A stretch of 49,064 bases of DNA. Origin: Basidiobolus meristosporus CBS 931.73 (taxonomy: Eukaryota > Fungi > Basidiobolomycota). The notes below the pieces were generated by a model, which was given only the letters and a program-made list of their open reading frames with translations, ran no database searches and was not told the origin of the DNA. Position 1 is the first letter of the stretch; each line of letters starts with the position of its first letter. Of the stretch, positions 1-11,786 are shown one piece after another. The stretch spans positions 1 to 49,064 of the forward strand of contig MCFE01000661.1 in NCBI GenBank assembly GCA_002104905.1, written 5' to 3'. A program made the translations under genes and the position numbers.

Positions 1-1
1 T

Positions 2-424
2 CCGGTATACATCCCACGGGATGGAGAAATCAATGCTTGGGACAACCCTGACATAGTCCGGGCAATCAAGGCCACAGGCAGGAAGCAGATAGTGATGGCG
101 GGTATAGTCACAGATATTTGCGTGACTTTCCCTGCCCTTTCAGCAGTGCAGGAGGGTTACGATGTATTTGCGGTGATCGATGCGTCTGAAACCTTCAACC
201 AAGGGGTGCGCGATGTTGCTGTGGCGATAATGGTTCAAGGTGGAGTTTAACCCATGAATTCCTTCTCAGTTGTTGCCGAATTAGCGCGTGAATGGAGAAA
301 CTATGCTGATTGTAGTCTTGGCGCGCTCTACGCCAAATACATCCCCGGTTGTCACAATCTAATGGTCTCTTACGATACTAAATCTAAAAATGATATTGGA
401 ATAAAATCCAAGGTTGTTTACTGA
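2..424 (+). pseudogene. ycaC: YcaC-like isochorismatase-family cysteine hydrolase, 5'-truncated by the window edge, with an internal stop
   Basis: Frame 2 reads PVYIPRDGEINAWDNPDIVRAIKATGRKQIVMAGIVTDICVTFPALSAVQEGYDVFAVIDASETFN...GGV*PMNSFSVVAELAREWRN...LMVSY. This matches recalled YcaC motifs (RPGQINAWD, TEVCV, DASGTF, ELHRDWR). TAA at 248-250; no introns. Confidence 0.85.
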
Positions 425-3300
425 GCCTTTTCCGTAATCCTTAGCTACGCACACTATGTCCAGTTTGCACAAGCATTTAGTTTGCTAGCTCCTGTAGTTG
501 GTAGGCACCTGGGTGGCGTCGAAGATATACAACTGGTGGACACACCCAGCGTTGCTAAAAAAGATTCATGGGAATATAGCCCCATCTGATTTAGCAAAAT
601 ACTCCTATGAGAGACAATAAATAAATGGGTGTATAATTTGCGAGGAAGTCAAAGGGCTTGACAAATCTCAAATATATCGGGAGCTAATGAATCCAATCAA
701 AAGCCTGTTTACTTACGTTGTCACTTTGGTTCGCGTATGACCCACTTCATGGTGAGTCTCGAGGGCAATGGGTGGACCAGGTAAGGACAAGAGTCACATG
801 AATCGAGTAGACCGACTAGATCTTCATCAAAAGGAGTGGGGGACCTGTTCTGAGGAGCCAAGTGTATCTTGCCCGATTTCAGTGCTTCCATTCCTACCCA
901 CTCGATTATGCCAAGCATCTGGAATTGACATTTTCTTGGCAATTATTTGATTCATTATTAGCCTAGTAGCAGATATTGGTTGCATGCACTACGTCAACCA
1001 ATAGCTCTCGGAGCCAACTCAAAGGCCACCAATCAGAGTAATAGTAGATTGGTCAGCTTTTTTAGCAAACAAATCATATTCAAGATTCAAATAGAGATCC
1101 CCTTTGCTGGACCATTAACGGCTTTAGATCAGCCGCGGCCTTCTTAGCGCTAACCTGATGTGAAATATGCTCGACTGCCAATACTGTGATTTTGTGGTTT
1201 TCTTTGTATCTCTCCTACATAATTTTCGATGCAGTGTGTACTTGATATCTTAATCCGTAGATCCCGCCATGCCAGCTAGCAGACAAGTTAGCAACACGGG
1301 CCTGTTCTGGTATCTCTGCCTTTTCACCACGTACACACTATGGAACTCTTCCCCGGTGGCAAAGTCAGCAGCCAACTTTCATATTTTGGACTGCCTATTA
1401 CTTAACTTTGCGCACTCGAATGGTTTTGAGGGCCTACATACCGCACGTAGTACTATACTTCAATATTGTCCCGAACCCATATCTTTTGCAACTTAAAGGT
1501 TTATTCATGAACCAGTGCCAAAGCGTGAAACCCTGATCATTGCTGAAGGTTATTGAGCAGGATGATCATCAGTTTCAGCTCCTATAACGGTGCCCATGCT
1601 GTGATTCATTCAATATTGTTATTAGCAGGGAATATAGATATGGTGAGAAGAAGGCCTTTTTAGGACACTTCAGATTGAGATTTTGGAGCTGTAGAGGCGT
1701 ATTCAACCTCGATATAGGGCTAGTTAGACTTAATGGCCGACAAACTTGTTTTAAATTCAATTGCTTTCGATATTGTAGCCCCTTCGATGGATAGTGTGGT
1801 GATGATCATACAACAATATCGAAGCCGAAACAAGCGTAACCTAGGAGAGCCCGAGCTGTTTTGGTAGGTATCTCGTAGAAGAGGTTGGAATGGTGCGTCA
1901 TACATACGGTATAGTCTGGTGATCTGTTAAACATTTAGTCAGATTGCCAACTCCTATCATTGGCCATCTCTCTCTGGATGTTTGCCCTTACCAGAAACGG
2001 TAACTCGGTCCCGAAATGGTATACTAATATTTATGGGAATCGTTTACCCATCATTCTCCAAGATGGCCATGCTGACCTCATTGACTTATCATGGCAATAT
2101 CCTCCCCCAAATATAGCCGATGATAACCCATAGCAAACTCTAAGTTGAATAAACCAAACTCAATAATGATGCTTGGGCACATCAAAGCACTGGATGAATC
2201 CCTGTGTCTACTACAATACGCCCGCTGGCTTGGAGAAAGTGAGGAGATTAGCATTATTCCAGAAGACCGCTACGGTAAAACTTTACTAGGATAATGCGTG
2301 GTGAGAGTGCAGCTAATGTATGTTGCTGGTATGCAAACGAGCTGGAAAATCGTCATAACCGCCTCGGTCTGTTGTTTAGCATTGGTTTATTACATGTATA
2401 GATAAGCCGAATATTCAATCTGCTCCTTAATTAGTGATGATCAAATGTTATACTTTGGCATTGGTGGTTTAGGCTGTAAAGCCATCAAGCTTTATCATAT
2501 CATGATTCCAGTTCCAAACTGGTGATAGCTACCATGCAAAACAAGACCTGTGAATGTTGAATGAGCTATTGGCAGTCCAGTAGATTTGAGTCGATTTTGG
2601 AACAAAGGGAAGCACCCAAGTCGAGATTCCATTCGCTGCGGCATAGATCACCTAAATAATCTGGAGCACTAGCGATCATTAACACTAATCTCTCGCTACT
2701 GAAGATGAAGCACTCGATCAGTTCTTTGAGAGGAAGCTGATTATACTTTTTCCATCTATCCATTCGATACGGCCGATGTCTCTTCTGGCCAAATAGGCCA
2801 TCCGGACTGAGGATCACCCGAAATGGCAAACTAATATCCAATATGTATGCTGGTCTACAAAAAAGGTATAGTGTAGCCGCTGGTTTAGCAAAGGCAGTAT
2901 TCAGCATTGGTAAACTATGATGTCAACACTCAAACGTGACTGAAAAGAATTTCTGAAGCGCGGGCATCTGTGGATAATTAATTTTGCGTGGTAATCCTGT
3001 GGATCAGAAAATGCACCCTGCTATCTGTTGTATTTTCTTGACGTAGCACCATCACAAGCTTATTTCGTAGTTTTGTCCATGGACACGTGGTGAAGATTTC
3101 CATAACGATTCACCTCGTCTCCGTAGAAAGCCAATCACATTCACCTGTCTTACAGGGGTGTATCGTTCAGGAGAGGATCGCCAATCATTTCGCACTGGGA
3201 AGCTCAGGAAGAATAGGAAAACTATATCCCGAGATTGGAGTTTAAATGGTATATTAACGAATAGGTTCGCTAACTTGCCTCTCACATATCTCCGAACAAC

Positions 3301-3979
3301 ATGAACTCAAACTCACTCCCTAATAGCTCGGTACGGGTACTTTCCATTCTCTTTGCAAGTCCAAGCCGGGAAATGGAGCGTCCATGGACTAATCGTATTC
3401 ACTGTAATCCCTTAGGTCAAGAAGTCTATGAGAAAAATTGCCGGGGAAAACATAGAAACGTTAAAAACCTTGCGTCTTTGGCATTTGTCCGTCAACGTAA
3501 GTCGCCCGCCATGTTGGGTTCTTTCTACATTTCGCTAACATCAGCGTGGTATGGTGCAGGCGCTCTATATTTTCGTTGAGTTCGTTATCTTCTTTTTGCA
3601 TTTCGGAATCTACGATTTCTTGCTGTATGGCACCACCGGAGGTATCGGCTTATATTTGTATTGCTACTTGGAGAAGAAGGGAACCCCAGTCTACAGTTAT
3701 ACCGGGAAATTGAAGACACCCGGGGAAGACCTAAACTCTGGTGACCTTAACGCCTGCTGCTTCCACGTTCTCTATGCTACCTGGGCTATCCAGCTTGCAT
3801 CCATCATCACCAAGTACTCTTGGTATGCGTACCTTTTGGTAAGCACTTGATCAGAAATGGTATGGACTATTACCTACAGGTATCTAACCATATTTCAATA
3901 GGTTCCTGTATATAGTGCCGTCAAGTTGTGGCCTACTGTCATTAGACCTTACTTGAAGCCCAAGGTTGCTGTTGAGTAA
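3301..3979 (+). CDS. SND2: TMEM208/SND2 (DUF788) ER-targeting membrane protein
   Basis: Exons 3301-3330 (start uncertain; alternative ATG at 3428), 3416-3496, 3560-3838, 3902-3979. Motifs: RKIAGENIETL, hydrophobic helices, PGEDLN, LYATWAIQLASIITKYSWYAYLLVPVYSAVKLW. Confidence 0.85.
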
Positions 3980-4625
3980 GCCTCCAGATATGTTGTAGAA
4001 GCCAGATTAGAAACTTAGTAGATGACTCTGTAGTCAATAATCTTCGGTTGTGTTAGATCAACCCCAACCCTCCTATCTAATTATCTTCACGGTAAATAAA
4101 TCCTGTATTAGGCAAATTCTGTGAGGCCCAAGGAAACAAGGCATTTGCACGCCAGTGTCAGTATCAACCAGTAGCAGTCTTTAAGTCAGGGAGAAGGGGT
4201 CAACGTGAGGTACGCTGGATTGTTGACTGAGGGTGACCATCTTATGTTCGTTTGTATCAGAGATATAACTTTAGTCAAATACTCAGAATGTGGAGTGACG
4301 ACAACGATTGAACTCGTAGAGGGGAGGTTGCTCCGGTGGTTTTAGGAATGGATACTACAAAAATCCCGATTTTGACTGAGCACAAGCAAACGAAGATTAG
4401 GTAAATAGAGGGTTGCCAATTATTGGGGACAGGATATTGTTTGCTAGAGACGGTAAAAGCACGTATAGACAGATTAGGTGGATTAATAGTTTTGAAGAGA
4501 ATTTTGGAAATCATTGGGTAGCCATGGCGGAGTATCTATTTCCCCGAGAATACTCCAGATATGCATTATTCGGTCCCAAGCCAACAATCGAGGGATATAT
4601 ATTTGGTGGTTATGGGTGTATAAAT

Positions 4626-6805
4626 TTACGATGACCTGGATCGAAGGAGATACTCGACCGCCGAGTTCAAGTCCCCTCCTGTGGCCAGAAGCGCCCTTTG
4701 AGCAGATGGTACATTAGAAAACCCTTTGCCAAAATTTTCAATTTCAGACACTCACCGGATATTGGCAGTCGCATCATTGAAGCCCATTTCATTCAACGAC
4801 TGGAGCTGGTCTCTAAAGCGCATTTCTGGCGGCTCAAATGTGGATAACGGGGATTTCGGCTCATTCTGATTTTGACTGTGTCGAAGGTCACATGAGCTAA
4901 GCGTACATTGATTGGTATTCTTTTGGGGACGCTCACTTACTATAACATCTGGCTCATGAAGTTAAACTGACTGGGCTCGTCTTGGTTTGGCTGACTGGCT
5001 GCGCTTAGAAGTGTTTGCAGGTCTTGGTTGATGTTTCCGCTAAAGCTTTGAAATAATGAATCCTGGCTAGGCCCAGTCAGTGCATCGATTGGACGCGCTT
5101 GAGGGTGTAAAGGGCTGCTTGGCGGGAACATGCGTCGCATCATCTGCTCATAGCGTTGTTGTTGATCAGATACTAGTGAGGGTTGCTCGGATTGTGTGGG
5201 AAGTGAACCATGTGTCTGAGAATCAATCGCACGTCGATGTGATCCAAAGCTCTGATGGTCAGATCTCTGGCGATGAGTCTCGTCGGAGTGCTGAGTATTG
5301 GCGGGTTGCTCAACCTCGGTGGATTCCTCTCTCATGTTGAGTAGTGGAAGCCTGGGCGCAGGTGGACAGCGCAGAGAGGTTGGAGGAACTCGCGCATTTG
5401 AAGCGCTTCTTTCTTCTGCTCTTTGAGAAATCCTATCTACGCTGTTTGACTGCCAGAAAAACTCTTAAATTAAGGAACAATAATATCAAGTAGCTACAGT
5501 TCTAATATACCGATCTGATGGCATGGACGTTGGTCCTAGTACTGGATCTTGGCGCTTCTGATGTACCCAAAGAGAAAACCTTAATATGTATTGATTTGAA
5601 CGACTCAAACAAATGACCTACGATGGGATAGCTCGTTTGAGTGTGGAGGTAACGGGCGACGTGCCCAAGGGTTTGGTAATGGTGTAGTATTGGGTTGGTT
5701 GTCTATATTAGCTTTCCAAGTCAATGTCTATCCTAGATATTCGAGAAAGAATGGAGTGAAGTTACCGGGTGCTTTAACGGCATTCAGCATCCTTGCCCAG
5801 CGCTCGTTGATAGCATCAGTTGAGGGATTCTCCTTCAAGATTGCTTAGTCCAGATGCGAGCGAACATATGTGTCACACTAATGAAGGGATCCTACCGGGC
5901 TGTGAGCAGAATCTAAAGGCTCTTGAAGGTTGTGATACATCTTTCGTAAATGATTGAATCCACCTGGCAACATTTCCAAATTGGACAAGGCTCGGTCGTT
6001 GTTTCTCATCATCTCCCTCATCAATTCTGGATTTCTAGCCAGGTCAATAGTCTGCAGGAAAGCTAATGAGTATTCAGAAAACGCGAAATAAAAGTTATAA
6101 CGGATAATTTTCGCCTTGACCTGTTGCAAAAAATTGGGATCGTTGATAATATGCCCAATTTCCGGGTTACGCTCCACCATCTCTCTTACTTGAGGGTTGG
6201 TCAACATTAAAGTACGAACTACTTCAGGATTTGACATCATGCTCTGATAAAAACGTGTTTGTTACATACGGTCAAGAAACAAGTCTGCCAAGTGTCACTA
6301 ACTTTCATAAACGAAGAGTTCAACAAGTCTTTCATGAAATTAGAAGTCTGAGGAGTTTTCGTCTGTACCCCTGGCTGATCTTTCTTGTTGTTAGCCGCTT
6401 GCTCTAAAGCTTTATTGGAGGCACTTCGAACTAAATGAACGGTATGTCCATCACGGATATCTATAGAGCGCGAAATTTAGTACATACACAGAGTGACCTC
6501 AGAGAATCTTCTATAAGTAGGAGGGGGAGCAGGGTGGAAGTCTAGCAGCAGTTGACCAGTGACGAATAAAAGGGTAGTTGAAGTCCAGACTTACCGTAGA
6601 AACGGAGTAAATTAGCATCTTGCAAGACTCTTCCGGCATACACGAGACGCATTTGGGCAGGAGACATGCTCGAATGGGTTTGAAGCATCTCTTTGAGAGA
6701 TAATACAGTAGTTTCCTCAGAACTGACTGATACAAATGAGGTATTTCCGCTGGAAAAGCGTATTTTTAGAATAATGTTGGGGGAGGGATTAGTTGCTTCA
6801 GACAT
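4626..6805 (-). CDS. DSK2: Ubiquilin/Dsk2 (UBL-STI1-UBA), multi-exon
   Basis: N-terminal UBL ([22 protein letters not shown]). STI1 repeats (MMSNPEVVR...[31 protein letters not shown]), [11 protein letters not shown]-terminal UBA ([26 protein letters not shown]|[17 protein letters not shown]). Internal exon boundaries were only partly resolved. Confidence 0.93.
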
Positions 6806-8352
6806 TGAATGCTATGTGAGATAGAAATGGGGTGAAATAGCTTCTGAAGGAATATAACTGAAAACACAGACAAACGTAACTGACTGCTCAAGTTGAAAGA
6901 CAAGGAAACGTGTTCAAATTCTAAATGAGACTGGATGTATATTACTCAAATTAGAAAGCAATCACGATAATAAGCTTTTCTACAAATACATCTGCTGATT
7001 GACCTAAATAATGTCCCTGTTGAAATTAACCCCTTTTATTTTAAGCCTTCACACTACAAACTATGTATTCTATATATGCCCACGGCTTTTACTCAAAACC
7101 GAATCCTGATTGTATTGTTAATTCGCGGTAGACATGTGTCACCCCGGCCTCGGTGTTGTTGAAGTTAGCACTTGGATTCACACCAGCACCTTGGTGGACT
7201 ATTGGAGAGAGGATGGCAAGCCACCACAACAAACGCGCTGTCCATGGTTCCCTTGGCTACGAAATCCCGATGATACCAACCCAATGAAATATCCCCATGG
7301 CCAGAGGCGCCATGGCAATAAAGAATCTGAAACATCGCCAATGAAGCTCGTGGTGCGAATTCTAGAAGCCTCTACCACCATCACAATTGGATCTTGTATG
7401 AAGAAGCCCTAGCAATCCAAAAGCTCACCTTGTCCACATTTGTCATCAAGGGTGCAGTTGGTGGAGATGGGATCATGTGGGTGTAAGCCGATGTGTGCAT
7501 TGCTGCAGTACGCACCTTATCGTCGGGGTCGTCGTTGTACCTGTATCTGCTTTCCCTTTATCATACAGCTTGGCGAAGGCAACTCCATGTCACGTGTGCA
7601 GATTCCAATTACTTGGAACCTACCAGGGACCCATCCATCGCATACCAGGTGACGGATTGTGCATTTCCCTGTTACCTGATCCAACGTCTACTGATTGAAG
7701 TTGCCATCAAGTCACAACTCCACACCAATAAAACCCACTTGATTGATCTGTTTACAGCCCAACCCCGGGCCAACCGTCATTTGATGATTACGGCATCATG
7801 GCCATCTGCTGTGGACTTTGTTTTCAATGGATCGTTCACGGATCACCGGGCTCATGATTCTTTCGCCTGAAATCTGAGCCGTACCACAAAGCTACATGGA
7901 GCTCGCAGGCTGCATAGCATAAGGTGTACGGAATTTGGCTCTGTCACACATACCAATTGAACAATTATCCATTTCGTGGTGTCCTTGTAGATTCTACTAT
8001 AATTAAATGGGAAATTACCCTTTCCTTCTTCGTCTCAGCATCCTATTCGGGCACCAACAATATTTATGCAATTCACTTCTAATGTAGTTTCATTATACTC
8101 ACAATTTCTCGCACACATCTGTAGCATTCCCCAGTACCTTGACCTAGGCTGTCCAAAATATATATCTCACCCTCTTCCCAAATTCTGCCCATTTCCAACC
8201 AACGCATCTCGAATACCTCCACACCCTGCTCGTAATCTTAGCGCTTCCTTTCCGTTCAGTTGTTTGTGTTATGCAAATTCAAACTGGCATCTGAGTCATA
8301 AGATTACGAAACACCCATCTCCAACTTACGTACTTCAGTTCGATTTTTCATC

Positions 8353-10623
8353 ATGTCGAAGAAAACCAGTATCCAAAGGCCCATTCGCCTTTACCTGGGA
8401 ACAAACTATCACGTGCGGTTTCTCCCCGTCCGCAACTCGTTCGAAGCGAGTACCCTTTACTTCGGGGTGGCTTTGGAAAGCCTTGAGGATTTCTCAAGTT
8501 GGAAGGGTCCCTCGGAAACTAGTAAAATATTTTTTGGGTATAATCGCTGGGGGGTATTCTCTCTCTGGGATGAGGATTATCTGGGCGTCTTAGAAATAAA
8601 TGGGCGTAAGGCTAGCATCCGAGAGAAGTTATGGCATCATTTGGAACAGAAGGTAAGCCCAACGATGACTAGCCTGGTAAAACGTGTTTTCTAATAGGTG
8701 GTTGTGACCACTAATTCTTAGGGATTTTCCACGGTTGGTGTTGACCACGTTGAGCTTATTACGCAACCAAGATTCTTGGGCTATGCCTTCAATTTCTTCA
8801 ATTTCTATTTTTGTTACTCTGTCGGAAGGCTGCGATGCATCTTGGTTGAGGGTAGAAACGCAGCTGGGGATAAATGGGTCCAAATACTCAGCCGGAACGA
8901 AGAACTAGATTGTAAGCGGAAAGGGTATAGATGTTCGAATTGCTGCTTATGGAGAGGGCGGGCACTAACCTAAATCGATCATATAGGTATAAGATGACCT
9001 TTTCTGTTCCGCGCATATTTCATATATCACCCTTCAACAGCTCAACTGGAAGCTACGAAGTGCATGCCAACGATCCGCTAGATGGAACATTTGATATTAG
9101 ATTTGTCATATGGGTTGATCCTTTGCACGACAAATCCCTCGAAACCCCCCCTTCGCCGGGGCTTCTAGTCTCTGGCGTAGGTCACGCACGAAAAAAGAAA
9201 TTCTTAGCCAAGGTCAGCGCCACCGAGATTGAGTACAAGTGGTCAGACTTGACACTTGCAGTTCTCAAGGCACCGACAAGAATATGGCTCCCGTTGCCAA
9301 GGTTCACCCTGCAGTGCATTAAGCTTGCCTGCCAGAAGTCGCTCAAAGTGTACCAAGCACCAGACCCGCCCGGGTACCCAATATCTAGAGCCAGGGCTGG
9401 AGTGTTTGAAAGGTAAGCTGTTTACAACGGCCGGCGGGCCGGCCTTTCATCCGAGGATGCAAAGATGCTAACGATCAGCATTAACCTATAGCCATGCCAT
9501 GAAGACCACTTTGAAGTATTTTGAGGAGTTAAGCACGCTTGGAAATATCCACATACGAATTCGATTCTCCCACGGAATCGACATGGATCCAGCGGAATTT
9601 CATGGGAACATGGAATCCAATAAGTTAGGCATAGTCACCAATGTTGTACTGACGGTTAAAAGCTACCAATTTTTCACGTATTTCTGGATGATGCAAGACC
9701 CCATAAGGGGTTTACTGATCACTTACTCCGAGGGTCTCTGGGACGCCACAAACCTGTCTAGTTTCCTAAGAGTTGTCATAGAAAGCGTCAGGCTAGAGAC
9801 AAATAGAAAACGCCAATTGATCACAAGGGTCTCCGCCGGCTTGAGAAGATTCCTGTCGTCCGTTGTCGAATCGAGCATCAATCTGAGTTGGCTTGATCAC
9901 GAGATCACGAGGTTTGGACATCGATTGAAGAAAGACGGGGAGAAGGTGTTGATTATCGAAAGACTAAGCCAGCGGTCACGCAGAGTAAGTTGTCACTGTG
10001 AAATATGCTTGGTGGACAATGATTTTAATCACCCTCGCTTACAGCAGAAGTTTAGGCGAGCTTCATTGGGGAGAGACGGAATAACCAGAATATCCTCCGA
10101 CAGCCTCACAACCAAGCTGCTTAACCAGCTTCCCGAGTTCGACCATGTCATCCTTCCCAGTTACGAGTCTGGACTCACCAAAAGGGTGGTTGATTTCCTG
10201 CACGAGCGTTCACGTAATTTACACATCCTTAGCATTCCCACCCGGCCTAGCGTGACCAAATGGGCAGCGCATCCGATCGAGACTCTAACCGAGCCACCGC
10301 TCATCCATCTAGCTTATCTGGCATTTTACACCCTCTATCTCGTCCTTTATCAGCTGATGGCCACCTACGGCTTGGTCACGTTTGCTGACCCAAAATTCCA
10401 TAAATTCGGGGCTTTTTGGGATAGGTTGCGAGAGATCATCTCCACATCCAATCAGAGCCTGTCCCACTGGGACATTCAGAAGCGAGGGAGTATGCGCCAT
10501 CTGAACGGTGACCACTCGCCCAGCATGGAATCGGAAGAGGCGAAGCTGCTGCTGAACTCGAACGAGCTGAGGATTTGGAGATTTCTAAATTACATGAACA
10601 AAGCCCTGCTATCCTTGGAGTAG
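8353..10623 (+). CDS. DUF1365-family protein with a long C-terminal extension resembling a degenerate cyclopropane-fatty-acyl synthase (about 686 aa)
   Basis: Exons 8353-8652, 8722-8924, 8987-9412, 9492-10623 join in frame. DUF1365 motifs: LYLGTNYHVRFLPVRNSF, TQPRFLGYAFNFFNFYFCY, RIFHISPFN. The C-terminal identity is a by-eye inference. Confidence 0.8.
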
Positions 10624-11108
10624 CCAAGGTCCACCTCTCTCACCTTTTAACCAATAAACAACCTTACGACCTGGCCGAGGGCACTGCGTACACACATATG
10701 AATCTGCACGTAGGGATCGATTTGGAAGGTAATCTACGGTCCATAATCGGTGGATGGGGTGATCTAGGCGTGCCACCAGGAACTTATGATTCAACGGCGC
10801 CCAGCGAGCGTGTCCCATGAATTCCGAATCCGATGCTTCGGCTCCATGGTTGCGTGTGGGTCGCATGGTGTCCTGCTCCTTGATATTGACATGTCGATTT
10901 ATTGTTCACTGATAATCACAGCAACACTAAGCTTGAAATATACAGAGGGAAACCTGGGCAGAAGGTTCTATTTCTACATTCATGTACAAAGATGTGACCG
11001 AAGGGGAATTCCCATCCCCCACAGCTAGCCACTTCGACAGGCCCGCCACCAGAAAAGGTGGCCGACCTCGATCGGGATTGATATTCTGCTTTGGGCGCCG
11101 GATATGTG

Positions 11109-11786
11109 CTAGTTTGAAAGGTGCAGAATTTCCTTAATTGACGGGAGAGGTTTATGGAAGTGTTTGATGGGTGGCAACTTAGGCCCAAGCTCTGGGGGGA
11201 ATTGATGTGCCGTAGCCAAGGTAGGTTGCTTGAAGCCTCCAAATCGCTTCAACCATAATGTTCTGTCGAACTCGGCCATTTTGGGGGAGACCTGTGGTGA
11301 TGGTAGAGTCATTTTCGTATTTGAGCTCGGCCTCGATCCAAGATTGAAATGCATCTGGGCTGTGATCTCGGGGTTTACTCCAGGGCTAGGTGGTGGCGTC
11401 CATGCGAGGGCCTCGTGACCTAGGGCCGGGTCGGCTTGTTGAGTGAGGTCCTGGAGGCTTTCCTCTGGGTAATAGAGGGGGTTTCCGGTGGCAATGATTG
11501 TGAAGCGTGGTGGACCAGATAACGAGCTGTAGTGGTTGGTGTCGAATATAGGGCGTCTACGACGATCCTTGCGCAGCGAATTTCTGCATGTGTCAGTAAG
11601 GCCGTATTTGATGCACCTTTGACATGGCCGGCCTTCGTCGCATTTTTTGCAGGCACGTTGGCAATTGATGCATGCGTTTTTCACCTGTCGTCGCTTCGCT
11701 ATGCAACTCCACTTCTTCTCGGAGGAAGGGTCGGCGGGGAAGATGGCGAAGTTCTGGTTAAGCTTTTTGGCGTTGGTACCAGACAT
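11109..11786 (-). CDS. Zn(II)2Cys6 binuclear-cluster transcription factor, Ert1/AcuM-like DNA-binding domain, intronless, 225 aa
   Basis: KRRQVKNACINCQRACKKCDEGRPCQRCIKYGLTDTC, followed by a basic RKDRRRR and a Pro-rich tail (LPSIKEIL). Confidence 0.92.
   Translation of the reverse strand: MSGTNAKKLNQNFAIFPADPSSEKKWSCIAKRRQVKNACINCQRACKKCDEGRPCQRCIKYGLTDTCRNSLRKDRRRRPIFDTNHYSSLSGPPRFTIIATGNPLYYPEESLQDLTQQADPALGHEALAWTPPPSPGVNPEITAQMHFNLGSRPSSNTKMTLPSPQVSPKMAEFDRTLWLKRFGGFKQPTLATAHQFPPELGPKLPPIKHFHKPLPSIKEILHLSN

Noticed and set aside
430-3290. Four short minus-strand ORFs (721, 1720, 2566, 3052) sharing one frame
   Set aside because: Manual translation between them shows many stops and no recognisable motif; I cannot support a gene or pseudogene call.
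7134-7870. Overlapping plus-strand ORFs, with LYEEALAIQKLTL resembling a kinesin-light-chain TPR
   Set aside because: A single short match, with no repeat periodicity or splice structure.
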